A stretch of 64,000 nucleotides of DNA from Longimicrobiales bacterium (lineage in GTDB: Bacteria > Gemmatimonadota > Gemmatimonadetes > Longimicrobiales > Gaopeijiaceae), in the NCBI GenBank assembly GCA_963664435.2, contig CAXXKM010000002.1, positions 512,001 to 576,000 on the forward strand, written 5' to 3'. The notes below the pieces were generated by a model, which did not search any database, was not told the origin of the DNA, and saw only the letters and a program-made list of their open reading frames with translations. This document shows positions 50,983-61,281 of the stretch, in pieces (the stretch's first letter is position 1; every line of letters starts with the position of its first letter). A program made the translations under genes and the position numbers.

Positions 50983-51536
50983 CGGAGGGCCGGCCCCTCC
51001 TCCTTCTCCAACTGCCGGAGCAGCAGCAGGAGCGCGCCGATCATCAGGAAGGCCGCGCCTGCCATCGCCGGGATGGAAACGAAGCCGAAGACCGCCACGT
51101 AGCGCCCTGAGCAGGGTACCCCGCCCTCGCAGGGCACCAGGTCCAGCGTCGGCCGGAACTGGAGCGCGACGTGGTACGCGGCGATGGCCAGGCCGACCAC
51201 CGGCAGCGGCAGGGCGAAACGCCAGATTCCCGCATGCGCGCGCACCAGTCCAACCCCGAGCACCAGCACCAGCGGGTACATGGCGAACCTCTGGTACCAG
51301 CAGAATGGACACGGCACGAAGCCGACGATTTCCGAGAAATAGAGGCTGCCGCCAGTCGCGGCGAAGGCGATGATCCAGGCCCAGGCGATGACGTGGCGCT
51401 CGTAGCCCGCGAGCGACGTGCGCAGCCACGTGCGGCCAGCCGGTACCATGAGCCCCGCCAGGAGCGCCAGGGAGGCCGCCGCGCCGGCGAGGGAGGTCCC
51501 GCCGAGCATCTGAACGATCGCAGGGTAGAGTGTCAT
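50979..51536 (-). CDS. dsbB: Disulfide bond formation protein DsbB/BdbC
   Basis: GSLYFSE..PCPFCWYQR..MYP and a second Cys pair. Confidence 0.88.
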   Translation of the reverse strand: MTLYPAIVQMLGGTSLAGAAASLALLAGLMVPAGRTWLRTSLAGYERHVIAWAWIIAFAATGGSLYFSEIVGFVPCPFCWYQRFAMYPLVLVLGVGLVRAHAGIWRFALPLPVVGLAIAAYHVALQFRPTLDLVPCEGGVPCSGRYVAVFGFVSIPAMAGAAFLMIGALLLLLRQLEKEEGPALR

Positions 51537-51751
51537 CCGATGCCTGAAATGGTTGCGGGAAACACGTCGATCGCGAGCCTGGGCCCAGGGCCCGGAGGTC
51601 GCCGGGTTCAGCGCTCATCGGCCCTAGCGTGTCCCAAGGGCGAAGGCTATTCTTATGGCTCTTTGAAGTTGAGGCAAAATCCGGGGCAGGCGAATGGCCT
51701 TTCTGGCCCTCGACCATGCCCCTTCCCCGGTTACAGCAGCGTGAGGCCCGC

Positions 51752-54205
51752 ATGAACTCTCTTCCCGCCGCGCTCACCACGCTCGGGGTGCTTCTGGTAC
51801 TCGCGGGCCGACCCGCCGAGCCCGCTCCCGCCGACCCCATCGAGACACCGTCCACCCCGTCAGCCGCGAGTACGGAGATGGGTGCCCCGGAGCACGCGGA
51901 GTCGCTCACCGGCGTCATCCGCGTGTACTGCCAGGTCTGCCACAATGATGCCCTCATGACGGGCAACGTCTCGCTGCAGGCCTTCGAAGTGGAGTCGGCC
52001 CCGGAAATGGCGGAGACCGCGGAACGGATGATCCGCAAGCTGCGCGCCGGGATGATGCCCCCGCAAGGCTTCCCGAGGCCCGCCGGCGACACGCTCGCGG
52101 CTCTCGTGGAAGAGCTGGAGGCCCGCGTCGACGAAGCCTGGGCGCAGAACCCGAACCCCGGATTCCGCACCTTCCAGCGCCTGAACCGTGCAGAGTACGC
52201 CAACGCCGTCGAAGATCTCCTCGGACTCGAGATCGATGTCGGGGAGTTCCTGCCCCTCGATACCCGCAGCGCCAACTTCGACAACATCGCCGACGTGCAG
52301 GCTCCCTCCGCTACCCTGATGGAGGGGTATCTGCGCGCGGCCAACTACATCAGCAGGGTGGCGGTCGGAGACCCGGACGCGGAACCCAACTCGATTCGCT
52401 ACCGGCTGCCGCGCACAACCTCCCAGAAGGATCGCGTCGAGGGAGCGCCCTTCGGCACCCGGGGCGGCGTCTCGGTGATTCACAACTTCCCGGCCGACGG
52501 AAAGTACGTTTTCCACATCCAGCCTTATCCGGCGGTGGAGGGCGAGGTCTTCGGGCGCACCTTCGGCAATGAGCAGATGGAGGTCTCCATCGACGGCCAG
52601 CGCGTGGCGCTGGTCACGATCGACCGGTGGATGTCGGAGTCGGAGCCTACCGGACTGAACGTTCTCACCGATTCCATCTACGTGCGCGCCGGCCCCCGGC
52701 GCGTGACCGCCGCCTTCCTGAGGCGCTTCGAAGGCGAGCTGGACGACCTGATCCGCCCCATCGACCATACCTTGGCGGACGGACAGATCGGGATCGGCTA
52801 CGGGGTGACCACCATGCCGCACCTGCAGCGGCTCTCGGTTCTGGGCCCCTACGAGGTCACCGGGGTGTCCGACACGCCCACGCGGCAGCTCATCTTCACC
52901 TGTCGTCCCACCTCCCGCGAGGAGGCGCGGCCCTGCGCGGAGCGCATCGTTTCCCGCCTCGCGAGCCAGGCCTATCGCCGGCCCACCAACCAGGAGGACA
53001 TCGACGGGCTGATGTCCTTCTACGACCAGGCCGAGGCCGAGCGCGGCTTTGAAGGCGGCGTGCAGCTGGCGCTGCAGGCGATTCTGGCCAGCCCGCACTT
53101 CCTGTTCCGCATGGAGCGGGCCCCCGGCGCCACCGCCGGAACCCCCTATGCGATCACCGACGCCGACCTGGCCTCGCGCCTCTCCTTCTTCCTGTGGGGA
53201 GCTCCCCCGGACCAGCAGCTCGTCGGCGCCGCGTCGAGGGGCGAACTCTCCGATCCCGACGGGCTCCTGCGGCACGCGCGACGCATGCTGGCCGACCCGC
53301 GCGCCGCGGAAGGGCTTGCCCGCCGCTTCGGCGCCCAGTGGCTGAGGCTTCAGGACCTCGAGAAGATCGATCCGGACGCGCTCTCCTACCCCTATTTCGA
53401 CGGGACCCTCGCGGACGCTATGCACCGCGAGACCGAGCTTCTGTTCGCGAACATGGCCATCGAGGACCGGCCGGTCAGCGAATTGCTGACTGCCGACTAC
53501 ACCTTCGTCAACGAGAGGCTGGCCCGGCACTACGGCATCGCGGGCGTCACCGGGCCGGAGTTCCGGCGGGTCCGGTATCCCGACGACAACCGCCGCGGCA
53601 TCCTCGGGCACGGCAGCGTGCTGACCATGACCTCGCACGCCGACCGCACGTCGCCGGTGCTGCGCGGCAAGTGGGTGCTGGAGGTGCTGCTGGGAACCCC
53701 GCCCCCGCCGCCGCCCCCCGACGTGCCCGCCTTCGAGGAAACGGAAGGCGCGGACGACGGCCGCTTCCTCACCGTGCGCGAGCGCATGGAGATCCACCGC
53801 GCCAACCCGGTGTGCATGTCCTGCCACCAGCTGATCGACCCGGTGGGACTGGCGCTCGAGAACTTCGACGTGACCGGGGCATGGCGGATCAGGGACGAGG
53901 GCAACCCGGTGGATCCGGCCGGCGAGCTCTACGACGGCACGCTGCTCACGGGCCCGGCCGACCTTCGCAACGCGCTTCTGAGGCGCCCCGAGGTGTTCTA
54001 CCGTATCTTTACCGAAAACCTGATGGCGTACGGCCTTGGCCGCCGCGTCGAGTACTACGACATGCCCACCGTGCGCCGGATCGTGCGCGAGGCGGCAGAC
54101 ACGGATTATCGGTTCTCCTCGTTCGTCCTGGGCGTCGTGGAGAGTCCGGCCTTCCGCTCGTCGCTGGTGGCGCCCGAAGCCGTCGCCACGCCGGCGGGAA
54201 ACTGA
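51752..54205 (+). CDS. DUF1592/1587/1588/1585 (PSD/PSCyt) c-type cytochrome domain protein
   Basis: Two CxxCH motifs (CQVCH, CMSCH), RLNRAEY, LASRLSFFLW, TSPVLRGKW. Confidence 0.92.
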   Translation: MNSLPAALTTLGVLLVLAGRPAEPAPADPIETPSTPSAASTEMGAPEHAESLTGVIRVYCQVCHNDALMTGNVSLQAFEVESAPEMAETAERMIRKLRAGMMPPQGFPRPAGDTLAALVEELEARVDEAWAQNPNPGFRTFQRLNRAEYANAVEDLLGLEIDVGEFLPLDTRSANFDNIADVQAPSATLMEGYLRAANYISRVAVGDPDAEPNSIRYRLPRTTSQKDRVEGAPFGTRGGVSVIHNFPADGKYVFHIQPYPAVEGEVFGRTFGNEQMEVSIDGQRVALVTIDRWMSESEPTGLNVLTDSIYVRAGPRRVTAAFLRRFEGELDDLIRPIDHTLADGQIGIGYGVTTMPHLQRLSVLGPYEVTGVSDTPTRQLIFTCRPTSREEARPCAERIVSRLASQAYRRPTNQEDIDGLMSFYDQAEAERGFEGGVQLALQAILASPHFLFRMERAPGATAGTPYAITDADLASRLSFFLWGAPPDQQLVGAASRGELSDPDGLLRHARRMLADPRAAEGLARRFGAQWLRLQDLEKIDPDALSYPYFDGTLADAMHRETELLFANMAIEDRPVSELLTADYTFVNERLARHYGIAGVTGPEFRRVRYPDDNRRGILGHGSVLTMTSHADRTSPVLRGKWVLEVLLGTPPPPPPPDVPAFEETEGADDGRFLTVRERMEIHRANPVCMSCHQLIDPVGLALENFDVTGAWRIRDEGNPVDPAGELYDGTLLTGPADLRNALLRRPEVFYRIFTENLMAYGLGRRVEYYDMPTVRRIVREAADTDYRFSSFVLGVVESPAFRSSLVAPEAVATPAGN

Positions 54206-54298
54206 ACTGCACAGGCCGTGAAGCCTGAACGAATTGATTGCCCGAGCACCGCAAGAGCCGGTGTACTCGCAGGTTGTACAACCAACGGAGTCTGAACG

Positions 54299-55687
54299 AT
54301 GAATTTCATCACCGGAAAGAGCATCTCCAGGCGCGCCATGTTGCGGAGCATGAGCGGCGTCATCGGGCTGCCGCTGCTCGACGCCATGGTTCCCGCGGGA
54401 AGGCTGTGGTCGACGACTGCCGGCGGTCGCGCCGCCAACGACACCCGCCTCGTCTTCATCGAGCAGGTGCACGGCGCCGCCGGATGCAACGAATGGGGAG
54501 CTTCCCAGAATCTCTGGGCGCCCGCGGCGGAGGGTAAGGATTTCGACCTCTCGCCCACCAGCCTGCGGTCGCTCGATCCTTTCCGGAAATACCTCACCAT
54601 CGTCACCAACACCGACTCGCGCATGGCGGACGCGTTCTCGCCCGAGGAGATCGGCGGCGACCACTTCCGCACCACGGCGGTGTTCCTGACGCAGGCGCAT
54701 CCGAAGCAGACCCAGGGCTCGGATCTGCATATCGGGACCTCCATGGACCAGCTCTACGTCCAGCGCTTCGGCCAGGAGACTCCGATTCCGTCGATGCAGC
54801 TAACGATCGAGAACGTCGACCAGGCCGGCGGCTGCGCCTACGGCTACGCCTGCGCCTATACGGACACGGTCAGCTGGGCGTCTCCGAGCGAGCCGCTGCC
54901 GATGATCCGCGATCCGCGCGCTGTCTTCCAGCAGCTGTTCGGAGCCGGCGGAACCCCGGAGCAGCGGGCCCACCGTCTTCGCACGGACCGCAGCATCCTC
55001 GACTGGATGCTGGACGAGATCACCAGCCTGAAGCGCGAGCTGGGGCCGGCCGACCAGCATCGCGTCTCCCGCTATATTGACAACATTCGCGAGCTGGAGC
55101 AGCGCATCACCCGCATCGAGATGCAGAACACGAGCGGTGAGGAGCGGGAGATTCCGGAAGCTCCCGTGGGCGTGCCGGATGATTTCCGCGAGCACATGGA
55201 AGTGATGTTCGACCTTCAGCTGCTCGCCTTCACCTCCGACACCACCCGGGTCTTCTCGTTCAAGCTGGGGCGCGACGCGTCCCCGCGGATTTTCCCGGAG
55301 AGCGGATCCTCGACGCCCTTCCACGCGGGCAGCCACCACGGTGGACGCGAGGAGCGGATTCTCGACTTCGCCCTGATCAACTCCTACCACGTCGGCATGC
55401 TGCCCTACTTCCTCGAGAAGCTGCAGGCGACGAACGACGGCGACGCGACGCTGCTCGACAAAACCATGATCATGTACGGATCGGCGATGGCCGACCCCAA
55501 CATCCACAACCATGCCCGCTGCCCGCTCTTCATGGTCGGCGGCATGAACGGACTGCTGGAGGGCGAGCAGCACGTGGTGGCGCCTCCGGGAACCCCGATG
55601 GCGAACGTCATGCTCGACCTGCTGCACCGACTCGGCGTGACCGACGTCGAGACGTTCGGCAACAGCACCGGCACCTTCGCGGTATAG
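54299..55687 (+). CDS. DUF1552 (HXXSHH) protein, Tat-like signal
   Basis: SRRAMLR..LPLLDAM, HAGSHH. Confidence 0.92.
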   Translation: MNFITGKSISRRAMLRSMSGVIGLPLLDAMVPAGRLWSTTAGGRAANDTRLVFIEQVHGAAGCNEWGASQNLWAPAAEGKDFDLSPTSLRSLDPFRKYLTIVTNTDSRMADAFSPEEIGGDHFRTTAVFLTQAHPKQTQGSDLHIGTSMDQLYVQRFGQETPIPSMQLTIENVDQAGGCAYGYACAYTDTVSWASPSEPLPMIRDPRAVFQQLFGAGGTPEQRAHRLRTDRSILDWMLDEITSLKRELGPADQHRVSRYIDNIRELEQRITRIEMQNTSGEEREIPEAPVGVPDDFREHMEVMFDLQLLAFTSDTTRVFSFKLGRDASPRIFPESGSSTPFHAGSHHGGREERILDFALINSYHVGMLPYFLEKLQATNDGDATLLDKTMIMYGSAMADPNIHNHARCPLFMVGGMNGLLEGEQHVVAPPGTPMANVMLDLLHRLGVTDVETFGNSTGTFAV

Positions 55688-55739
55688 AGGCGGCGGCAAG
55701 ACTCAGGTCCCAGGCAACGGCCGCTGCGAGGAGCAGGAA

Positions 55740-57515
55740 ATGGTGACAAACAAGCGAACTATCGCGCCCTGGATGAAGCGAACCCTGGCGGTCAGCGCGC
55801 TGCTGCTGGTCGCGGCTACGCCCGACGATTCGCCGGTAGCGGACGCGGCCCAGCGGGGTGAGGTCGAAGAGATTCGCACTTTGCTGAGGCAGGGGGCGGA
55901 TCCCAGCGCGGCGCAGCCCGATGGCATGACCGCCCTGCACTGGTCGGCGCTGAACGACCAGCTGGACATCGTCGAGACCCTCATCTTCGCGGGGGCCACG
56001 CTGCAGCCGACCACCCGTGTGGGCGGCTACACGCCCCTCCACCTGGCGAGCAGGGCGGGCAATGCCGGGGTGGTCGCGGCGCTTCTCGACGCGGGCGCCA
56101 ATCCCGACGTCCTGACCGGCACCGGGGCCGCCTCCCTGCACTTCGCCGCCGAGGCGAACGTAGTCGAGGTGGTGAGCGCGCTGGCGGAACACGGGGCCAA
56201 CGTCAACGTGCGGGACGGCTACTCCAGCCGGACGCCGGCGATGTTCGCCGCGGCGCGCAATTCCGCGGCGGCGCTTCAGGCCCTTCTCGACGCCGGCGCC
56301 GATCCCGACCTGGTGAGCGACACCCGCGACTACGCGGAGATCGAAGCTGCGGACCGGGAGGAGCGGACGCGCCGGCAGCGCATCCGCGAAGCGGAGAAGG
56401 AACCCGAGCCCGAAGAAGAGCCTGGGGCGCAGCCTCCGGGCCAGGGACGCGGGGGGTTTCCGGGCGCCGGTGCTCCTCAGGGCGGCGAACCTGAACCGCC
56501 ACCGGACGGGCCGAAGGTACTCTCTTCCATCGAGCAGATCGGCATCCAGGGAGGGTTCTCTCCCCTGCACTACGCCGTCCGCAACGGGAACGCCGAGGCG
56601 ATGCGCGTGCTCGTGGACGGGGGTGCCGACATCAACCTGGGGACCGCGGATCAGTCCTCACCCCTGCTGTTGGCCACCATCAACGGGAACTACGACCTGG
56701 CGCGGGAGCTGCTGGAGGCCGGGGCCGACCCGAACATTCTGAGTGACGACGGCGCAGGCGCGCTGTTCGCCGCCCTGAACATCGAGTGGTCGCTGCGCAC
56801 CTGGTATCCGCAGCCCCAGGCATTCCGGCAGCAGGAAACGACCTATCTCGACCTGATGCAGCTGCTACTCGACGCGGGCGCCGATCCGAATGCACGCACC
56901 AACACACACATCTGGTACGCCGCCTACAACGCCGGCCGCATGGGCGTGGACTTCGCGGGCGCGACGCCGTTCTGGCGGGCCGCGTACGCCGCCGACGTGC
57001 AGGCCATGAAGCTGCTGCTCGACAACGGGGCCGACCCGAACATCTGGACCTACAACCTCATCAGTCCCCGGCGCTTCAACTTCCGCCGGCCCGGCGAACC
57101 GGAAGAGGATCCGTCAGGACTCGAGCCCGTTCCCCACGGGGGGCCCGGCGTCCACCCGCTGCACGCGGCTGCGGGCGTCGGCTTCGGCACCTCGCGGGTC
57201 GCACAGACGCACCGGCACGTGCCCGACGGCTGGCTGCCGGCGGTGCGCTTCCTCGTCGACGAACTCGGCGTCGATCCCAACATCCGCGACAAGGACGGCT
57301 TCGCGGCCATCCACCACGCGGCGTCCCGGGGCGACAACGAGACCATCCTCTTCCTTGTGGAAAGGGGCGCCGACGTGACCCTGCTCAGCCGGCGGGGACA
57401 CACCGTCGCCGATATGGCCAACAGCCCGGAACAGCGGGCCCAGCCGCATCCGCCGACCGTCGCCATGCTGGAGAAGCTGGGGTCGAAGAACAACCACAAC
57501 TGCAGGTCCTGCTGA
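55740..57515 (+). CDS. Secreted ankyrin-repeat protein
   Basis: DGMTALHW, GYTPLHLA, SPLHYA repeats; C-terminus HNCRSC. Confidence 0.92.
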   Translation: MVTNKRTIAPWMKRTLAVSALLLVAATPDDSPVADAAQRGEVEEIRTLLRQGADPSAAQPDGMTALHWSALNDQLDIVETLIFAGATLQPTTRVGGYTPLHLASRAGNAGVVAALLDAGANPDVLTGTGAASLHFAAEANVVEVVSALAEHGANVNVRDGYSSRTPAMFAAARNSAAALQALLDAGADPDLVSDTRDYAEIEAADREERTRRQRIREAEKEPEPEEEPGAQPPGQGRGGFPGAGAPQGGEPEPPPDGPKVLSSIEQIGIQGGFSPLHYAVRNGNAEAMRVLVDGGADINLGTADQSSPLLLATINGNYDLARELLEAGADPNILSDDGAGALFAALNIEWSLRTWYPQPQAFRQQETTYLDLMQLLLDAGADPNARTNTHIWYAAYNAGRMGVDFAGATPFWRAAYAADVQAMKLLLDNGADPNIWTYNLISPRRFNFRRPGEPEEDPSGLEPVPHGGPGVHPLHAAAGVGFGTSRVAQTHRHVPDGWLPAVRFLVDELGVDPNIRDKDGFAAIHHAASRGDNETILFLVERGADVTLLSRRGHTVADMANSPEQRAQPHPPTVAMLEKLGSKNNHNCRSC

Positions 57516-57523
57516 ACACATTT

Positions 57524-57586
57524 GGCTCCCCGCCTGCTGCCGAACCCCTCGTACTCGTTGCGAGGGGTTTGGTTTGGGCGGGAGTC
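57524..57586 (+). terminator. Long hairpin, probable terminator
   Basis: CCGAACCCCTCG...CGAGGGGTTTGG inner stem with an outer GGCTCCCCGCC/GGCGGGAGTC stem, right after the operon stop. Confidence 0.55.
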
Positions 57587-57683
57587 GACAGATCCGCAAT
57601 CGGGCGACATCGGCTCTTGATTGCGGTCCGGCCAACCAACTGAAGCCGAGGATGCGAGGGAGCATCCGATTACGGAGCACGGA

Positions 57684-58220
57684 ATGAAGCGTTACGCGTT
57701 GATGGCGATGGTACTCGGGCTGATCTGCCTCCCGGCGGGAAGCGCGGCTCAGGACACTGTGTGGAACCGCTATACCCTCGAGGATCTGGGCGGCGTTTTC
57801 GTCAGCGCACAGACCGGTGCGGCCTGCGCCGGCGCCGGCGTCACCGACGAGTCTGTGCGGGTCCAAGCCGAGGCGACGCTTGCGGCATCGGAAGTGGAAT
57901 TGCTGACCCAGGGCGAGATGCTCCGCAACCCCGGTCTTCCCGAGTTGCGCATCATCCTGGAGTGTGCGCCCGGCGACGGCGTGGCGGTGACGGGGGCGCT
58001 GGCCTGGTCGGTGGCGGTGCGCGTCCACCAGTCGACCCAGATGACGCGCGACAACCAGATCACGCTTTCGGAGGCCGTGACCTGGTTTGCGACCGGGGTG
58101 GGCGTCGCCGCGATCGTCGATGCCCAGGCCGTTCTCGAAGCCGCGGTCACGACCAGGGTGGAGGAGTTCGCCACCGCCTACACCGAAACCAACGGCGGAG
58201 GTGGCGGCAACCCGGGTTGA
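57684..58220 (+). CDS. Hypothetical secreted protein
   Basis: Signal peptide SAA|Q; GGAG upstream. Confidence 0.7.
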   Translation: MKRYALMAMVLGLICLPAGSAAQDTVWNRYTLEDLGGVFVSAQTGAACAGAGVTDESVRVQAEATLAASEVELLTQGEMLRNPGLPELRIILECAPGDGVAVTGALAWSVAVRVHQSTQMTRDNQITLSEAVTWFATGVGVAAIVDAQAVLEAAVTTRVEEFATAYTETNGGGGGNPG

Positions 58221-58361
58221 GGGGTAACCCGGTTCAAGCCGGTCTCCCTCCCGGTAACGCGCCCGCCACGGGGCGCGCGGGTTGAGACTTCGGCGCTGGC
58301 GACAACCCGGCGCGCAACAGGGCACGTTGCGCGGCCCAAGACGCCCAGTTCCCGAGGGACC

Positions 58362-59537
58362 CTACTTCAGGGCATGCGCAATCTCCTCGCGCACCCGGAC
58401 GTCGTCCTCCACCAGCATGCGCGCGCGCAGGGCGGCTGTGGCGTCGGCTGACGCCGCGATTCGCCCGAGCCCCCATGCGGCATGCCCGCGCACCAGCGGG
58501 GCGTCGTCGTGAAGCGCCCGGGTCAGCACGGCAACCGCATCCTCCTGTCCCAGGTTTCCGAGCCCCACGCAGACGTTGCGCAGCAGGCCGTTCCGCTTGG
58601 CGCGCTTGACCGGGGAGCCGCGAAAGGCGCGCGAGAACTCGGCATCGTCCATGGCGAGCAGGCGCTCGGCCAACTCCACCAGCAGCGGACCGTCCAGTTC
58701 CGGCCGCGCGCGGTAGGCCGGCTCGCTGGCGGGCGTCTGGAATTTCACGTTCCAGGGACACACTTCCTGGCAGATGTCGCAGCCGTAGATGCGGTTGCCG
58801 ATCGGACTCCTCAGCTCGCGCGGGATCGGTCCCCTGTGCTCGATGGTCAGATACGAGATGCAGCGCCGCGCGTCCATGACCGGCGCCCCGCGCGCGTCGC
58901 GTCCCAGCAGGGCCCCGGTGGGGCAGGCGTCGAGGCAGCTCCGGCAGGTTCCGCAGCGGTCTTCGGTGAAGGGCTCGTCCTCCGGCAGCTCGACATCGAG
59001 GAGCAGGATCCCCAGAAAGAAATACGAGCCGCTCTGCGGGTGGATCAGCATCGTGTTCTTCCCCAGCCATCCCAGCCCCGCACGCATCGCCAGCTCGCGC
59101 TCCAGGATCGGGCCCGTATCCACATAGGCGCGCCCGGAGACGGGGTGGCCGGCCTCTCCCGCGATCTCGGGGAGGAGCTTCAGGAGGCGCCGTTTCATAA
59201 CGTCGTGGTAGTCGTCGCCGCGCGCGTAGCGGGCGATCACCGCGCGCCGCTTGTCCCGCGCCAGCCCCGTAGGATCGGGCTGGTAGTAGTTGTGGGTGAC
59301 GAGCACCACCGAGCGCACGTCCGCCATGGTGAGGCGGAGGTCGCTCCTGCGCGCGATGGAGTCCTCCCGCGCGAGGTAGCCCATCTCGCCATGGGCTCCG
59401 TCCTCGATCCAGCTCCGGTAGAAGTCCATGTGGCCGCTGGCGTGCGGGGTGGTGACGCGCACCCGGTCGAACCCCAGGGCGAGAGCCCGCTCGCGGATGC
59501 GGTCGCGGTTCACTCGGGCGGGGCCGCGGGAGTCCAT
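58362..59537 (-). CDS. queG: Epoxyqueuosine reductase
   Basis: YARGDDYH, VDTGPILER, CGTCRSCLDACPT, CISYLTIE, GCDICQEVCPWN. Confidence 0.96.
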   Translation of the reverse strand: MDSRGPARVNRDRIRERALALGFDRVRVTTPHASGHMDFYRSWIEDGAHGEMGYLAREDSIARRSDLRLTMADVRSVVLVTHNYYQPDPTGLARDKRRAVIARYARGDDYHDVMKRRLLKLLPEIAGEAGHPVSGRAYVDTGPILERELAMRAGLGWLGKNTMLIHPQSGSYFFLGILLLDVELPEDEPFTEDRCGTCRSCLDACPTGALLGRDARGAPVMDARRCISYLTIEHRGPIPRELRSPIGNRIYGCDICQEVCPWNVKFQTPASEPAYRARPELDGPLLVELAERLLAMDDAEFSRAFRGSPVKRAKRNGLLRNVCVGLGNLGQEDAVAVLTRALHDDAPLVRGHAAWGLGRIAASADATAALRARMLVEDDVRVREEIAHALK

Positions 59538-59836
59538 CGGTCCGCGTCGCGCTTCTCGTATTTCTCGAGAACCCGCTTCAGGGCGTCGTCCAGATCGATC
59601 CCCCGTTCGTTGGAGAGGGCGATCAGCACGAAGAGGATGTCGCCGATCTCAAGCGCCAGATCCTTCTCGGCCTCATCGGCCCGCTTGAGCTTGGAGCCGA
59701 AGCGGTGATTGAGCTCGCGAGAGAGCTCCCCGACCTCCTCGACAAGGCGCGCGAGGTTGACGAGCGGAGGCCAGTAGCCCTCCTCGAATCGCGAGATCCA
59801 GGCATCGACCCGGGCCTGGGCTTCCTTCAGGTCCAT
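59510..59836 (-). CDS. MazG-like nucleotide pyrophosphohydrolase (YpjD-like)
   Basis: LVEEVGELSRE...EIGD, KYEKRDADRW. Confidence 0.88.
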   Translation of the reverse strand: MDLKEAQARVDAWISRFEEGYWPPLVNLARLVEEVGELSRELNHRFGSKLKRADEAEKDLALEIGDILFVLIALSNERGIDLDDALKRVLEKYEKRDADRWTPAAPPE

Positions 59837-59885
59837 GGCTCGGCCCTCGGCCTCGGGGACTGCCATCGCTGACCGGCGCACGCGC

Positions 59886-60911
59886 TCATGGCTTCAGCAC
59901 CAGCTTGCCGAACACCTCGCCCGCCTCAAGCCGCTCGTGGGCTTCCCGTGCTCGCTCGATCGGGAGGACGTCGTCGATGGGAGCCCGGACAGCGCCGTCG
60001 AAGACCAGCTGCATCACCCTGCGGTAGTCAGCGGGGGTGCCCATGGTGCTGCCCAGGATCGAGGCCTTCTTCCAGAAGAGGAGAGGGAGGTTGGTTTCGC
60101 CGACGGGGCCGGTGGTGGCGCCGTAGCAGACCAGGCGTCCGCTCTGGCGCAGTGCGCGCAGATTCGCCTTCCAGGTGGCCGCGCCGACCGAGTCCACGAT
60201 CAGGTCGACGCCCTGCCTGCCGGTGTCCTTCCAGAGCGCGCGCCCGTAGTCGACCTCCAGCCGGTCGTAGACGGCGTGGGCGCCCAGGTCGCGCACGCGG
60301 GCCATGTTGTCGGCCCCGCTGGTGACCGCATGGACCACGGCGCCGGCGTGCCGCGCGATCTGCACGGCCATGGTGGACACGCCCCCCGACGCGCCGGTCA
60401 CAAGCACCCGCTCGCCGGGACGCACTTGGCCGCGCACCACCACAGCGTGCCACGCGGTCACCCCGACCAGGCTGGCGGCGGCCGCGGCCTCGAGCGGGAC
60501 GCCGGCAGGAACCTCGACCAGGTTGGCGGCGGGGACCACCACGTAGTCGGCGAATCCACCCGGGGTGTGCTCGCCGATGATCCGCAGCTCACGGGAGGGC
60601 AGGCCCTGTCCAGGCGCGGTCCCATCGTACCAGTCGTAGTCCAGCGAGGGGTCCACCACCACCCGCGTACCGACCGGAACGTGTCCGGCGCCGGGTCCCA
60701 CCGCGTCCACCACGCCCGCGATGTCCGACCCACCGATGTGCGGCAGCGCGATGTCGATGGGCAGCCCGCGCCGCACCCACAGATCGAGATGGTTCATCGC
60801 CGCGGCACGCACGGCGATGCGCACCTCGCCCGGACCGGGAGTCGGATCGGGCACCTCCTCGATGCGCACGACCTCGGGACCGCCGTATTCGTGGAACAGC
60901 GCGGCTTTCAT
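59886..60911 (-). CDS. MDR-family (zinc-binding dehydrogenase/quinone oxidoreductase-like) protein
   Basis: YGGPEV, NHLDLW, GASGGV, GKLVL. Confidence 0.9.
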   Translation of the reverse strand: MKAALFHEYGGPEVVRIEEVPDPTPGPGEVRIAVRAAAMNHLDLWVRRGLPIDIALPHIGGSDIAGVVDAVGPGAGHVPVGTRVVVDPSLDYDWYDGTAPGQGLPSRELRIIGEHTPGGFADYVVVPAANLVEVPAGVPLEAAAAASLVGVTAWHAVVVRGQVRPGERVLVTGASGGVSTMAVQIARHAGAVVHAVTSGADNMARVRDLGAHAVYDRLEVDYGRALWKDTGRQGVDLIVDSVGAATWKANLRALRQSGRLVCYGATTGPVGETNLPLLFWKKASILGSTMGTPADYRRVMQLVFDGAVRAPIDDVLPIERAREAHERLEAGEVFGKLVLKP

Positions 60912-61070
60912 TCGTTGGGGCTCCCTGGGTTCGGAGGTCATTGCCCTGCGGGCGATGTTCGCACCCGCGCGCGGTAGAAGTCCGGGACGCTTGCCATCTG
61001 CCGATCATGCGTACGCAATCCGAGGGCTCGGCATCCACCGGAAGGAGGAGAATATGGCCGGGCACCAGCT

Positions 61071-61163
61071 TTGTCGATCACCCGTGAGCGTCAGGGCGCG
61101 TTGTCGATCACTTCGGCGAGATAATGATCGACAAGAGGAGTTGGCGTTCACCCGTGAGCGTCA
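61071..61163. repeat. Nested direct and inverted repeats in a divergent intergenic region
   Basis: TTGTCGATCA at 61071 and 61101, inverted at 61125; TCACCCGTGAGCGTCA at 61078 and 61148. Confidence 0.7.
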
Positions 61164-61281
61164 AACGAGGCGTTTTCTGCCCGCCGCAATCGCGGCGACG
61201 GCAGACATGGATCCGGTGCGGGCAACCGGCCAGGGCGGGCGTCGTCCTTGAATCGCGGTATGGCCATCTCTAGCTTGCCGC

